Under the pieces are notes generated by a model. That model was not told the DNA's origin. It saw only the letters and a program-made list of their open reading frames with translations, and made no database searches. A stretch of DNA of 64,000 nucleotides from Octopus sinensis (Eukaryota), in assembly GCF_006345805.1 (NCBI RefSeq), contig NC_043022.1, positions 3,286,001 through 3,350,000 on the forward strand. The letters are read 5' to 3'. Made by a program: the position numbers and the translations under genes. This document shows positions 23,458 through 36,719 of the stretch, one piece after another. The stretch's first letter is position 1. Each line of letters begins with the position of its first letter.

Positions 23458-23460
23458 CTC
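23055..23460. repeat. Compound (TCTA/TCTG)n and (TA)n microsatellite
   Basis: Directly visible. Confidence 0.95.
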
Positions 23461-23957
23461 CATCCATCCATCCATATCAATCTTTATCTCTGTTTCTGTC
23501 TGTCTGTTTATCACTCTATCAATCTCTCTCTCTCTCTCTCTCCCCATCACTCACATACAAACAATCCTTTCTATCAACCAACTTTTTACATTTTCCAGTT
23601 CAACTTTTTAAAAACTGGGTTTTACATTGTAACTTGATTCAACCATTAAAACTGTTCAGTCGTGGGTCACTTATTTCACCACTTCTCGTTGCAAGATAAT
23701 CCATTTATTCTGTTATGTCTAGCATAAGTGTGTGTGTGTGTGCATGTATTCCTTGTCTGTGTGTCCAAACTTGTGCAGGTTTCAAGTTTACATTAAACTC
23801 TGTTGGTGGAACAGATTTACAGATTTAAGTAAAAAATTTCTCCCCCACCACCTCACTCAGTTTGACTTCTCCCTCTTTCTTCTTTCTCTCCTTGACACCA
23901 CTTCACTCTCTTTCTCTCTCTCTCTCTCTCCTTCACTCCTTCCCTTCCTCTTTCCTC

Positions 23958-23998
<41 letters not shown>

Positions 23999-24808
23999 AA
24001 CATTTCTGAAAATATTTCACTGAGTCACACATAATCTGTGGATGTTTATTTAATATATTTGATAATGGGGAAATGAAACTGAGGAATTTCTTCCTCCTTT
24101 CCACTTCCCTTTCAATACCTTGTCTTTATTATCACAGTCAAATCACTTGCACCCACGCCATCATCACCATCGTCATCACAATCATTCAACACCCGTGTAC
24201 CATGCTGCCATGGGTTTGACAGCACCTAATGAGTTCAAGCCCTGCATCATACTCCTGTGTCAGCTTCGGCATGGTTTCTATGGCTCTATGCCTTTCCTAA
24301 TGCCAACCATTTTACAGAGCGTACTGATTGTGCTATTACATGTTATGTCAACGGTTGAGGGTCCAAAATTTCTCGATTGTCAAATTCAAAAAATTTAAAT
24401 TCACAAGGGGCACAGGAACCCCTTCAGAGTTTCAGAAAACAGGACAGTCTGCAGTGGCAAAAAAAAAAAAAATTAAAGGGTTCCAATGTTTCAAGCAGGG
24501 GCTGTCATCAATGAAAAAAGCAAAAAATAAATAGGGTCTATTAACAGTGGAAAACAGTGTGTCCTTTTTCAGACAATAGACTGTGATATGACATAGATTT
24601 GGCTGCTATTTCTAACAGGTCCCGTGACCACATAAAGGTTTCCTCAATTTTTCAGGCCTTGTGCCTGTAGCAGAAAGGAGCATTAGTGAGGTGAACCCTG
24701 AGGGAAGCAGGGTCAGTTTTATACTAGGGGACGAGGGCCTAAAATGTAAAAGGAGTGGGACTGAGCAGGTTCTTGTAAAAGAACTTCATGGTTACTCAGA
24801 TTTACAGC

Positions 24809-25035
24809 TTAACCCTTTAGTATTTAAACCGGCCATATCCGGCCAAAATAGTTAATCTGTTTTATGTTCAAACTGACCAGATCCAGGCTCTCACACCTAC
24901 CCTACAATGTTATTCTACATTAAGTAATTACACCATCAAGATCTTGAAGATATGAGATAATGCATGATTAATTCAAATCAATGGGAATCAATAAGTATTA
25001 TGTTTGATAGAATAATCTGAACACTAAAGGGTTAA
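24809..25035. mobile_element. piggyBac-type MITE family P1
   Basis: Reverse-orientation copy of 16636-16861 with TTAA ends. Confidence 0.88.
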
Positions 25036-25082
25036 GGGTTTTTTATTTTTGTTTTGGTGCATAGATTGTTTTTTTTTTTTTT

Positions 25083-25360
25083 GTTGCATGGATGATGTTT
25101 GTAAGCCATTCAAGGACCCACAAAATCTGTTAGTTTCACTTCAATGTTTAAATTTAATTTGTATCAAAACATTTCCATTGCTTTGAAACTGCAACCTGTT
25201 CACTGACGAAAGTTGGTGCTGCATCTCTTTTGTCAGTGAACTGGTTGCGGTTTGAAAGCAATGAAAATATTTTGACACAACTGAAATTTAAACGTTGAAG
25301 TGAAACTAATGGTTTTTGTGTGTTCTTGAATGGCTTACAAACGTCTTCCATGCTACAATT
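25083..25360. mobile_element. Foldback MITE-like element, copy 3 (older)
   Basis: Homologous to the 21122 and 21410 palindromes; the inverted arms extend into CTGTTCACTGAC/GTCAGTGAACTG. Confidence 0.75.
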
Positions 25361-25419
25361 GTTTTTGTACCGGCGTGTTGTTACACAGGTGAAATAGTTT
25401 GACTGCCCTGCTACAGATA

Positions 25420-25802
25420 ATGGAAGCACTCCGTCGGTTACGACGACGAGGGTTCCGGTTGATCTGATCAATGGAACAGCCTGCTCGTGAAATTAACGTG
25501 TAAGTGGCTGAGCACTCCTCAGACACGTGCACCCTTAACGTAGTTCTCGGGGATATTCAGCGTGACACAGAGAGTGACAAGGCCGGCCCTTTGAAATACA
25601 GGTACAACAGAAACAGGAAGTAAGGGTGAGAGAAAGTTGTGGTGAAAGAGTACAGCAGGGATCACCACCATCCCCTGCCGGAGCCTCATGGAGCTTTAGG
25701 TGTTTTCGCTCAATAAACACTCACAACGCTTGTCTGGGAATCGAAACCGCGATCCTATGACTGCGAGTCCGCTGCCCTAACCACTGGGCCATTGCGCCTC
25801 CA
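25420..25802 (-). mobile_element. SINE family A
   Basis: Full length; TSD CCCT(G/A)CTACAGATA. Confidence 0.92.
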
Positions 25803-27043
25803 CCCTACTACAGATACCCAACATGGTTAATATCACATAGCCAGTTCAATCCTTGTTAACATAGAAGAAAGCCTGCAAGCTTCATTGGGCTTTAACCCTT
25901 AATGTCTAAGACGATAAAATTAATTGAATTCAACCAAAGAAATATCATGTTTACACAATTAGGTTTAAATTCTCATTATTGTTGTCATCTTCATTGTCAT
26001 CATCATTATTCAACCCCTAATGCTGTTAGGGGTTGAACAGTTTGATAGGATCTGGTGAGTTTTAGGGCTTCATTGAGGTTCCAGTCTCACCTTTGTCTCA
26101 ATATAAAAACGTCACATTCTCTTCCTTTGATGAAAGTATTTACTCTTGAGTACCACAATACCTGTATGCCGTTGTTGTTGTTGTTTAACCCCAGGTCAAC
26201 CTGATTGAGCAGACCCATGATTAAGGATATTACATTTGTGATCATCTCTTTTTTTTTCCCTTTACTCATTTATTTGTCTTGCAAGCAATGGATTACAGCA
26301 ACCGGTGTGTCCTTTTTCAGACAATAGACTGTGGTATGACATAGATTTGGCTGCTATTTCTAACAGGTCCCGTGACCACATAAAGGTTTCCTCATTGGCT
26401 TCAATTAATTGTGCTGTTACATGTTATGTCAAGGGTTGAGGGTCCAAAATTTCTCGATTGTCAAATTCAAAAAATTTAAATTCACAAGGGACACAGGAAC
26501 CCCTTCAGAGTTTCAGAAAACACAGGACAGTCTGCAGTGGCCAAAAAAAAAAAGACAAAAAATAACAAAAAACAACAGTAAAACTCATGAAATAGGATTT
26601 GAGTGCTATGGGAGATGTGGGTTCCAATGTTTCAATCAGGGGCTGTCATCAATGAAAAAAAACAAAAAATAGGGTCTATCATCAGTGGCAAACAATAAAA
26701 AAAAAAAAAAGGTCTTCTATCAATAAAAAGTAAAAAATGGTCTGTTATCAATGAAGTAAAATTTTTCAAATCCTTGTTTTACTTAACAAATTTTATTTAA
26801 AATCCTGTCTTTGTATGTCTGGAAAAACTTTCCAATTAATATTGCACAATAAAATAATTTTATATAATGAACAGACTAAATATTAAATTTTATGTAAAAA
26901 AAAAAATTCTTTTGTATTGCACTCAATACATTTTTTTTTGTTTTCTTTTGTAAAGTAGGCTTTTTATATTTTATCCTTTCTTTTTTATTCCATTCTTACC
27001 TCTAAAACGATGAAAAAAAAAAAAAAATTTTGTTATACATATC

Positions 27044-27046
<3 letters not shown>

Positions 27047-27100
<54 letters not shown>

Positions 27101-27778
27101 GGCAGTGATCTGGCAGAATCGTTAGCATACCGGGCAAAATGCTGAGCGGTATTTTGTCTGCCGTTATGTTCTGAGTTCAAATTCTGCCGAGGTCGACTTT
27201 GCCTTTCATTCATTCAGGGTCAATAAATTAAGTACCAGTTGGACACTGGGTTCGATGTAATCGACTTAATCCCTTTCTCTGTCCTTGTTTGTCCCCTCTA
27301 TGTTTAGCCCCCTGTGGGCAATAAAGAAATAAACAAGCTGGCAGAATCGTTAGCACACCAGGCAAAATGCTTCGTGGCATTTCATCGGTCTTTATGTTCC
27401 GAGTTCAAATTCTACCAAGGTTTATTTTGTCTTTCATCCTTTTAGGTCCGATAAGATAAGTACCAGTGGGGTTGAAGTAATCAAATGGCCCCTGTGCCTG
27501 TAGCAGAAATTTTTCAGGCCTTGTGCCTGTAGCAGAAAGGATCATTATTATTATTATTATTAAGGCGGAGAGCTGGCAGAATCATTAGCACACTGGGCAA
27601 AATGCTTAGCGGTATATCACCTGTCTTTGTGTTCTGAGTTCAAATGCTGCTGAAGTTGACTTTCTCACTCATCCTTTCAGGATCAACGAAATAAGAAATA
27701 GTGGAGCACTTGGGGTAATATAAGTTGACTTGCTCCCTCCATTAATAACTGCTGGCCTTGTTCCAAAATTTAGAAACA

Positions 27779-27810
<32 letters not shown>

Positions 27811-28040
27811 AAAGGTGGTGAGCTGGCAGAATCGTTAGCACGGTGGACGAAATGCTTAGCAGTATTTTACTTGCCGCTATGTTCTGAGTTCAAATTCCAT
27901 CAAGGTTGACTTCGCCTCTCATCCTTTCAGGTTCAATAAATTAAGCACCAGTTGCATACTGGGGTTGATCTAATCAACTAGTCCCTTCCCCACAAATTCC
28001 AGGCCCTGTGCCTTCAGAAGACAGGATTATTATTATTATT
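27047..28040 (+). mobile_element. Cluster of about four head-to-tail SINE family C copies separated by (TTA)n
   Basis: Heads at about 27099, 27335, 27562 and 27812, most preceded by ATT repeats. Confidence 0.85.
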
Positions 28041-28369
28041 CCTGTTGCTATAATTATATATTTGATTGTAATACTATATTTGTATAATTAATGAAAATCA
28101 ATGACTTCAAAATGTAACAGTCTTGTGAGTGTTACGTTAATATGATTGTTTTTTCCTAAAAATTAAGTTTTCTTAATCTCTGTAAACATTTCTTAATTTC
28201 TACAAATCTTCTGTAAAACTCCCTTAGCCAAAAAAAAAACTCCTTATCCTTATAGTTTGTCATATAAAGCCTCTTATTTCATAAGTATTATCTCTCCCAC
28301 CTTATCTATTTTGTAAAATACTTTGGTATCATTTTCTGTGACATATTTGATTCAGGGTTTTTTTTTTTT

Positions 28370-28885
28370 ACTGATAACAAATTATTGATGCAGTTTTCTT
28401 ATCTGTTTACTGTAAATTACTTGTATTGTTGTCTTAACTATTTTTTTGCAAATAACTGGTGCAGTTTTTATAAGCGATAAAAAAAAAAAAAAATTTTATC
28501 AATGCAGTTTTCATAAACTTTTTAAAATTTTAAACGATAGTGAAGTTTTTACAACTGCTTTTTTTTGAAAAATTAAAATTATTGATGCAGTTTTCATAGC
28601 TGATTTTGTAAATTATTGATGCAGTTTTCTTCCCAGTTTACTGAAAAACATTTACAGTTGTCATAACTGTTTTTTGTGAATTATTGATGCTGTTTTCTTC
28701 TGTTTACTGTAAAACATTTACAGTTGTCATAACTGTTTTTTGTGAATTATTGTTGCGGTTTTTATAAAAAAATTTTTGTGAATTATTGTTGCAGTTTTCA
28801 TAACTTATTTTTTAAATAAATTATTGGTGTAGTTTTCATAACTGTTTTTTTTTTTCGAAATAAGTTATTGGTGCAGTTTTCTGAA
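28370..28885. repeat. Degenerate AT-rich tandem repeat (ATTATTGATGCAGTTTTC motif)
   Basis: The motif recurs about ten times, with a local 65-bp duplication at about 28610-28750. Confidence 0.75.
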
Positions 28886-30789
28886 TTGTTTAACTTGGTA
28901 TTATGTATATAAATTTGTTATTGATATTTTATAATCATTTATAATTTTCACACTTTATTTTGAATTAATTGTTATTCATTTGGTCTTCCCAAGCTGGTAA
29001 TTAAATAAAACCAATGCTATTCAATTTTTTTTTAAAATTTACTAAGCATTAACTATGAATATTTGTGTTTCCAATATGTAAAGCATTTAGACTGTATAAG
29101 TAGTTATTTTTTTCCTGTTAGCTTACACACACACACATAAATATATATAAATTGTTTCTTTGCGTGACAATATATGTATGCATTCAGGAAAACTTCCACA
29201 TATGCATAAATATATTCACAGCCATCCATACAAACCATACATACACTACATACCTGTATACCATCACAAAAGCACATACACTTAGATTTATAGACAGATA
29301 TTGTTATATTACATACATGTGCATACATAATTTTTTACATATTTTTGTGATTTTTCTTGTAACATTTATAAAATATATCTTAATATCCAGGCCTTCATTG
29401 AAATATTAAGTGATCTATAAGTCCAGGTTTCTTTACCAAACCATAACATTTTCTCTCAAGGCATCATATTTTCTTTAAAAGAATTTCTTTCTGGTTGAGT
29501 TTGAGTTTAAGACAGGCCATACAAATCCAGGTATCTTTGAGAGGCAGCAGACGACAGTACCTACTTACGAACCAATCTCATAGACCAAGAAGAATAGCGC
29601 TAAAGGTACTGTTTGCTTTCTTAGTTCACATACCCTGTCGTTAAGTAGTTTCTAGAACTCTCCACCACCCATTCCTTAGAGTAGCTGAGACCAGAATCAA
29701 GCCAAGCCATATATTTTCCTCAAAATGTTAACAAACTGACCAAATTCTTTGTAAAAATTATTGACCTGTACCTGGGGGTCTCTTTTGACGATTCACTGTT
29801 ATAGGGTGCAGGAGTGGTACCCTATAGGTTGTGGTCCTTGTTTTTAGCTGAGTAAACTGGAGCAAAGTGAAATGAAGGGTTTTGCTCAAAAACTCAATGC
29901 CAGTCTGTTGCTTCCCAACCACATGGTTCTGGGTTCAGTCACACTGTGTGGCACCTTGGGCAAGTGTGGACCAAAGCCTTGTGAGTGGATTTGGTAGACG
30001 GAAACTGAAAGAAGCCCATCGTATATATATATACAAGAGTAAAAAAGAGTATAGTTTCAGTTTAACACAAGCCTTGTTAGTAAACTTGGGTAAATGGAAA
30101 CTGTAATGAAGCTTGTCACATGGATTGCATCTTATTCAAAAGATCCAGCCATGTCACACTGTGTCATGCTGATCCTCCCTGAGAGTTATGTTTAGGCCAT
30201 GCCAGACATGTCTGAGGAGTACTCAGCCACTTACATGTCAAGTCAGGAGCAGATAACTCAGTTGATCAAACAACTGAATCCTCCTGGTCAGAAATTTTGA
30301 TTAAGATAATCACTGATACAGAATATCATTATAGCTATACAAACCAAAGAGAGGCTCTTTACATGGGTGATTGACCTTCGAGAAATAACAGCAAAACCTC
30401 CCTCAGATCACAACTAATCTCCTTACAAAATACTCAGTGACTAAAGTGGTCCCAAGTTTCCTGCCCCTTAAATACACTGTCCTGGCAAAAAAGTGGTTTG
30501 GTCATGGTTGGAAATATCTTTTGATCATAGGTTTGTTGGAACAAGGCTGGCCTGGGGTCAAACAACCACCACCATTGCTTTCATAGTTAAAAGTGAATAG
30601 ACGAGGATTCTACATGGGTGTTTAAGCTATTAGAAAGAGCAGTCAAACCTCTCTCAAATCAAACCTTAACATCTTAAATAGGAAGGACACACTGGATAAT
30701 GTTGACCAGATTGTCATAACAGGAATTTCATTTTATTGTCAATTTTTTGTCAATCAACGTTTCCCTGGCGTTAAGCAACAATAACAGCC

Positions 30790-31002
30790 TTCCAGCCCCG
30801 CCTGGCACCTGTGCAGGTGGCACGTAAAAAGCACCCACTACACTCACGGAGTGGTTAGCGTTAGGAAGGGCATCCAGCTGTAGAAACTCTGCCAGATCAG
30901 ACCGGAGCCTGGTGCAGCCTTCTGGCTTCCCAGATCCCCGGTCGAACCGTCCAACCCGTGCTAGCATGGAGAACGGACGTTAAACGTTGATGATGATGAT
31001 GA
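30790..31002 (+). mobile_element. Retroposon family D
   Basis: Conserved block ending GGACGTTAAACG(ATG)n. Confidence 0.82.
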
Positions 31003-31198
31003 TTCCCTGCTCAATAAAAGATCCTTAAAAGTGTCTCAGACTAACAGCTTTGTGAAAGATGTTGGCTCAACCTGTCAGTGTCACTATCAAATTATATAAA
31101 AACAAGGAGAGGGTGGTGGTCATAATTGGAATTACCTAAACTAGAGCTAAACAACAACTTTATTAATATTTAATGTCCAGTCAATGAAGAATATAGAT

Positions 31199-31416
31199 CA
31201 GTGGTTCTCAACTGCAGCTCTTGGGGCCATATGCGACCCTCAAGCATCTTTTTGGCAGCCCTCAACCGTCTTCTATAAGTACAATAAATTTTTCTTTAAT
31301 TGACTTGTGTTTTACTTTTTTTGGAGCAATACCCTTAAGAAAAACAGAAATCCAGGTTTGGGGTCTGGTCCAGGTTTGGGGTCTGGTCCAGGTATTGAAA
31401 AGGCTGAGAATCACTG
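31199..31416. mobile_element. hAT/Charlie-like MITE
   Basis: CAGTGGTTCTCAA...TGAGAATCACTG TIRs; internal 18-bp tandem TCCAGGTTTGGGGTCTGG. Confidence 0.65.
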
Positions 31417-31789
31417 AGTTAAGATAATTGGAAAATAATATGGTTTGGAAAGATCTGGTCTGAAGTGTAATTAGTTAGAAATTGTGTTTAATGGTGTGAA
31501 GTATATATATTTCTTTAACAAAGTTAGTTAAAACAGGTTGCTGGGTAAAAGCTGCAACACATCTCACTTTCAGTATGTTTAGGAATATACACCCTGTAGA
31601 CTAAACACACACATGCACACACACACATACACATGCACACGGGTGTACAAATGAAAGAAAACAGCACTCAACACATGTCATGATGGTTAAATATTCGTTT
31701 TCACAGTTTTATTCAGATTTTTATTAAGGGTAGTTTCACAAATGCAGAAAAGCATATCTGATTGTTCAGATGCAATGATACTGGATGCC

Positions 31790-32226
31790 AATATTCAAAG
31801 CCACAGTCGAACCAATTCTTCCTTTGGCTCAGAAACCTGGACGTTATCAAAGAAGCTTGAGAGGCGGTTGGATGGAACCTACACTCGCCTCCTTATGAGA
31901 GCTCAAAATCTCTCGTGGAAGCGTCATCCAACCAAAGTGCAAATATATGGGAAACTACCACCTGTGTCATCTCTTGTGAAAGGTAGGAGAGTCCAGTTTG
32001 CTGGACATTGTTGTAGAGCTGAAAAAGAGGTAATTTCTACTCTTCTCCTCTAGAAGCCATCTACTCACAATACCAGAGGGCGCACACTCTCCTACCCTGA
32101 TGTAATCTCCAGGGATACAGGCATCCAGCAACAGGACCTCCGTAATGCCATGATGGACCGTGAAGTCTGGCGTAGCATGGTAAATTCCATTGTCTCGACC
32201 ACGGTCGAACAATGATGATGATGATG
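31790..32226 (+). mobile_element. RTE-clade LINE, 5'-truncated 3' end
   Basis: GSETWTLSKKLERRLDGTYTRLLMRAQNLSWKRH...RRVQFAGHCCR is the RTE ORF C-terminus; (GAT)n tail. Confidence 0.9.
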
Positions 32227-34192
32227 ACTTATCAGTAAGGCTAATTATCAGTAATTAGTTGACTGTTAGGTATTATAGTGCAATGTTATCTAGGTAGGAG
32301 TAACTGACCTTAATATTATGCACATTAAAAAGTTTGCAGTTATGTGTGCTTAGAAAGTATTGCCTTATTGGGAATAAGTAGTGTCTGGCTGTGTTTATAA
32401 ACATCTAGGTTTAATGGAAAACTAACCTAGATTATTTTTCTCTAGGATCCTCTGAGTACACTAATTTGTCACTAAAGCCAGTCCTCACTAATGTTTTGTT
32501 CTAATGTAGTGCAGCTCTATTAAAAATATCTCTGAAGATGTTTTTATAAATTAGAAATTCTCCTTCTGGACTGGCTTTCAAGTTTCTTATTGTAGCTGGG
32601 TAAAAAGGTGGATTGCTTGGAATTCCTGTGAGTATACCTGGCTTCCACATTAGGCTGAGTAGTCTTGAGAAATGTTAAACAAGTGGAGTACTCAGCCACT
32701 TGCAAGTTAATTTCACGAGAAGGCTGTCCTGTTGATTGGATCAACTGGAACCCTCATTATCATAACCGATGGAGCACTAGTTATCCATGTGAGATGAGAC
32801 TGGTGTTGGCCTTTTAGTATCCTTATATGTGCTGGTGCCATGTAAAAAGCCCCCAGTACACCTTGGAAAGTGGTTGGCATTAGGAAGAACATCCACTCAA
32901 AGAAACCAAGCCAAATCAAACAGTTGGAGCCTGGTGCTGCTCTTTTGACCTGCCAGTCCTCGGTCAAGCTGTCCAACCCATGCCAGCATGGAAAAGCCAG
33001 GCATTAAATGATGATGATATAGAGGCCATGTCACCCTCTAATATAGGGAATATAACAGCTCTATCACTGATGCAGTATAATGATGCATACAGTAAACACA
33101 TTGCTGAAGGATGCAATACATTGCTTAGTCTAAGAATCAACTTCTTAGCCTAATGATTGTGAATGCAACACTTAGGCTGTAGGCTATTTACCATTTGGAG
33201 TTTAGGAAATGACCTGGTTCTCAATCAGTTAGAATGGTGAGTGCTCCTGTTGATCTGATCAATGGAACAGTCTGCTCATGAGATTAACACGCAAGTGGCA
33301 GAGTACTCTATAGACACTTGTACCCGCAATGGGAGATTCAGTGTGACACAATGTGGCAAAGCGTGTCCTTTGAGTTGCAACTCATTTTTGCTAGCTGAGT
33401 GGACTGGAGCAATGTGGAATAAAGTGTCTTGCTCAAGAACACATTGAGAAAATAAACAAACAAAAAAATACATCTAAGAATACTCGAGAGGTTTATAAAA
33501 TCTGGTCAGAAACTGTCTTTCGACAGATTCAGTGGAGTTGTGTCAAATGTGAAACTCGAAGCATAACAAAACGTTTTGACACATCATAGACAGGCTGGAG
33601 TTAATCCTGGTTTCCATGGCAACTGAATGAAATACTCTCCTCTCCCTTGAATGGAATGCCAGTCTGTTGCAGGGTTACCATCAGTATGTCACTGGTACTT
33701 GTTTTTAGCTGAGTAATCTGGAGCAATGTGAAACGAAGGGCTTTGCTCAAAAACTTAATGCACTACTCAGCCTGGGAATTGAAACTACAACCTTCTGATA
33801 GTGAGTACAACACCTTAACCACTAGGCTACTTACCTTCATTGGTAGATAGTGTGATCACATGATTGACCAGACTGTCAGATGTTGTTATACATCGCTGGT
33901 CACAGTGCACTTTGCATCAGTTTACCTTTCAAATGATGTCACCCCACTGGCTAGAGAAGCAAGCCTAAAAGACAGAACTGTAAAGAAATGCAAGAAAGTG
34001 AACGTAACAAGTGTCAAGCGTTACAAGATGTCTAAAAATGACTGCTGACATGTCATTGTTACAGTTTCAATACCAAATCTCAGATTAAGTCACTACATTA
34101 CCACAAAATAAGCACAGACATGGCTGCCTTGTTACAAAATCCTGTATAGTTAGGTTCATTAGGCAAGAGCTTATCCCAGTATCTGAAGTATT

Positions 34193-34418
34193 TAACCCTT
34201 TAGCGTTCATATTATTCTATCAAACATAATGCCTATTGATTCCCATTGATTTGAATTAATCATGCATTATCTCATATCTTCAAGATCTTGATGGTGTAAT
34301 TACCAAATGTAGAATAACATTGTAGGGTAGGTGTGAGGGCCTGGATCTGGTCAGTTTGAACATAAAACAGATTAAATATTTCGGCCAGATATGGCCGGTT
34401 TAAATACTAAAGGGTTAA
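34193..34418. mobile_element. piggyBac-type MITE family P1
   Basis: TTAACCCTTTAG...AAAGGGTTAA. Confidence 0.88.
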
Positions 34419-34629
34419 GGGACTCTTGTGTGTATGAGAAACAGATAATTGATCAGCCTAGCTGTACTTTAAACCAGTGGTACTCAACCATGTTTTTTAC
34501 CTATGCTTACTGTTTTTTTCTGGTGGACCCCTATAGCCATTCTATGTTTAAAACCTTAGTTTTATAGAAACTTCTTTCAAAATTCCTATTTTGCCATTTA
34601 CCCATTCACTTGTATAGGTTTGTAATAAC

Positions 34630-35120
34630 CACTTGACTGGCTTCCATGCCGGTGGCACATAAAAAGCACCATCCGATCGTGGCCGTTTGCCAGCCTCGTC
34701 TGGCACCTGTGTCGGTGGCACATAAAAAGCACCCACTACACTCTCAAAGTGGTTGGTGTTAGGGAGATTGGAGCCTGGTGCAACGTGCTGGCTTGCCAGT
34801 CCTCAAACTGTCCAACCCATGCCAGCATGGAACATCCGATCGTGGCCATTGCCAGCCTCACCTGGCCTCCGTGCCGGTGGTACATAAAAAGCACCATCCG
34901 ATTGTGGCCGTTTGCCAGCCTCGTCTGGCACCTGTGTCGGTGGCACATAAAAAGCACCCACTACACTCACGGAGTGGTTGGCGTTAGGAAGGGCATCCAA
35001 CTGTAGAAACACTGCCAGATCAGACTGGAGCCTGGTGCAGCCTTCTGGCTTCCCAGATCCCCGGTCAAACCGTCCAACCCATGCTAGCATGGAAAGCGGA
35101 CGTTAAACGATGATGATGAC
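34630..35120 (+). mobile_element. Retroposon family D, two tandem or nested copies with ~61-bp internal repeats
   Basis: Repeated GGTGGCACATAAAAAGCACCATCCGATCGTGGCC units; (GAT)n tail. Confidence 0.8.
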
Positions 35121-35355
35121 TCTGTGAGAGAACCTGTTTCAGTTCCCCAAAACCCGTTGAACTACATAAAACGTTAGAGAAAGAAACCTTGTTGTTTCTT
35201 GCGATAGATACATTTAAAATACTGTTTTGTTGATTTTGATAGTGTTAAAATGATTCTCGCCAAAAATAGGATTAGACATCTGAATATTTTAAGGCATTTG
35301 TTTCTGTGTTTTTTCTGGTTTTCATTGTCTTCCTCATCCACCCTGTTATTGTCTT

Positions 35356-35739
35356 GGAAGCACTCCATCGGTTACGACGACGAGGGTTCCGGTTGATCCA
35401 ATCAATGGAACATCCTGCTCGTGAAAATAATGTGTAAGTGGCTGAGCACTCCACAGACACGTGTACCCTTAATGTAGTTCTCGGGGATATTCAGCGTGAC
35501 ACAGAGAGTGACAAGGCCGGCCCTTTGAAATACAGGTACAGCAGAAACAGGAAGTAAGAGTGAGAGAAAGTTGTGGTGAAAGAGTACAGCAGGGATCACC
35601 ACCATCCCCTGCCAGAGCCTCGTGGAGCCTTTTAGGTGTTTTCGCTCAATAAACACTCACAATGCCCGGTCTGGGAATCGAAACCGTGATCCTACGACCG
35701 CGAGTCCGTTGCCCTAACCACTGGGCCATTGCGCCTCCA
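35356..35739 (-). mobile_element. SINE family A
   Basis: TSD CTGTT(A/G)TTGTCTT. Confidence 0.9.
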
Positions 35740-36150
35740 CTGTTGTTGTCTTATGATGATGATGATGATGATGATGACATTGAAAGTAATGGTTCTCAAC
35801 CATTTTTATCTTTTTTATCTAAGAACCTCTTTGATTACAATTATATTCTGGTGCCACCCCCACCCCCCAGCCATTCGATGTCTAAGGACTACTTTTATAG
35901 ATACTTCTTTCAAAAACCCTATTTTGCTTTTCCCTCATTTACTTGTGTGGTTCTGCAATGGCCACTCTCTGAGAGAACATGTCTCAATGTCCCAAACCCT
36001 GTTGGACTTTGTAATATGTTAGAGAAAGAAACCTGGATGTTTCTTGCACTAGATTCATCTTAAGCAGTGGTTCTTGACCCTTTTTTTTTTTACTAAGGGT
36101 TCCTTTAATTACTATTTGATCCTGGCAGATTCCCCACAACCATTCGATGT

Positions 36151-36377
36151 TTAACCCTTTAGCATTCAGATTATTCTATCAAACATAATGCTTATTGATT
36201 CCCATTGATTTGAATTAATCATGCATTATCTCATATCTTCAAGATCTTGATGGTGTAATTACCTAATGTAGAATAACATTGTAGGGTAGGTGTGAGAGCC
36301 TGGATCTGGTCAGTTTGAACATAAACCAGGTTAAATATTTTGGCCGGATATGGCCGGTTTAAATACTAAAGGGTTAA
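36151..36377. mobile_element. piggyBac-type MITE family P1
   Basis: TTAA-flanked copy inside an older hAT-type MITE. Confidence 0.88.
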
Positions 36378-36719
36378 AACTAGTTTTAAAGATATTTCTT
36401 CCAAAAGTCCTCTTTTGTCATCGTCCCCCCCAATTTCTCTTGTATAGGGTTGCAACAGAACTTTCTGAGAGAACATGATTCAGTGGCCAGAAACCGGTTG
36501 AACTCTGTAGAATGCCAAAGAAAGAATCCATGCTGTCCCTTGCAATAAATATATTTAAAGCAAAATATTTTTCATGGACCCTTAAAATACTTCTGTGAAT
36601 CCCCAATTCGCTATTTGGTTTGCATGGATCCCCAAAAATCTTGTGGACCCTAGTTGGGAACCACTGCTTTAATAATGGGTTCTTATTTCGGCACAGGACC
36701 ACCAGGGGAGGAGGATGTT

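Noticed and set aside
25196-25250. CTGACGA in the centre of the foldback element as a hammerhead core
   Set aside because: No stem II followed by GAAA is in register.
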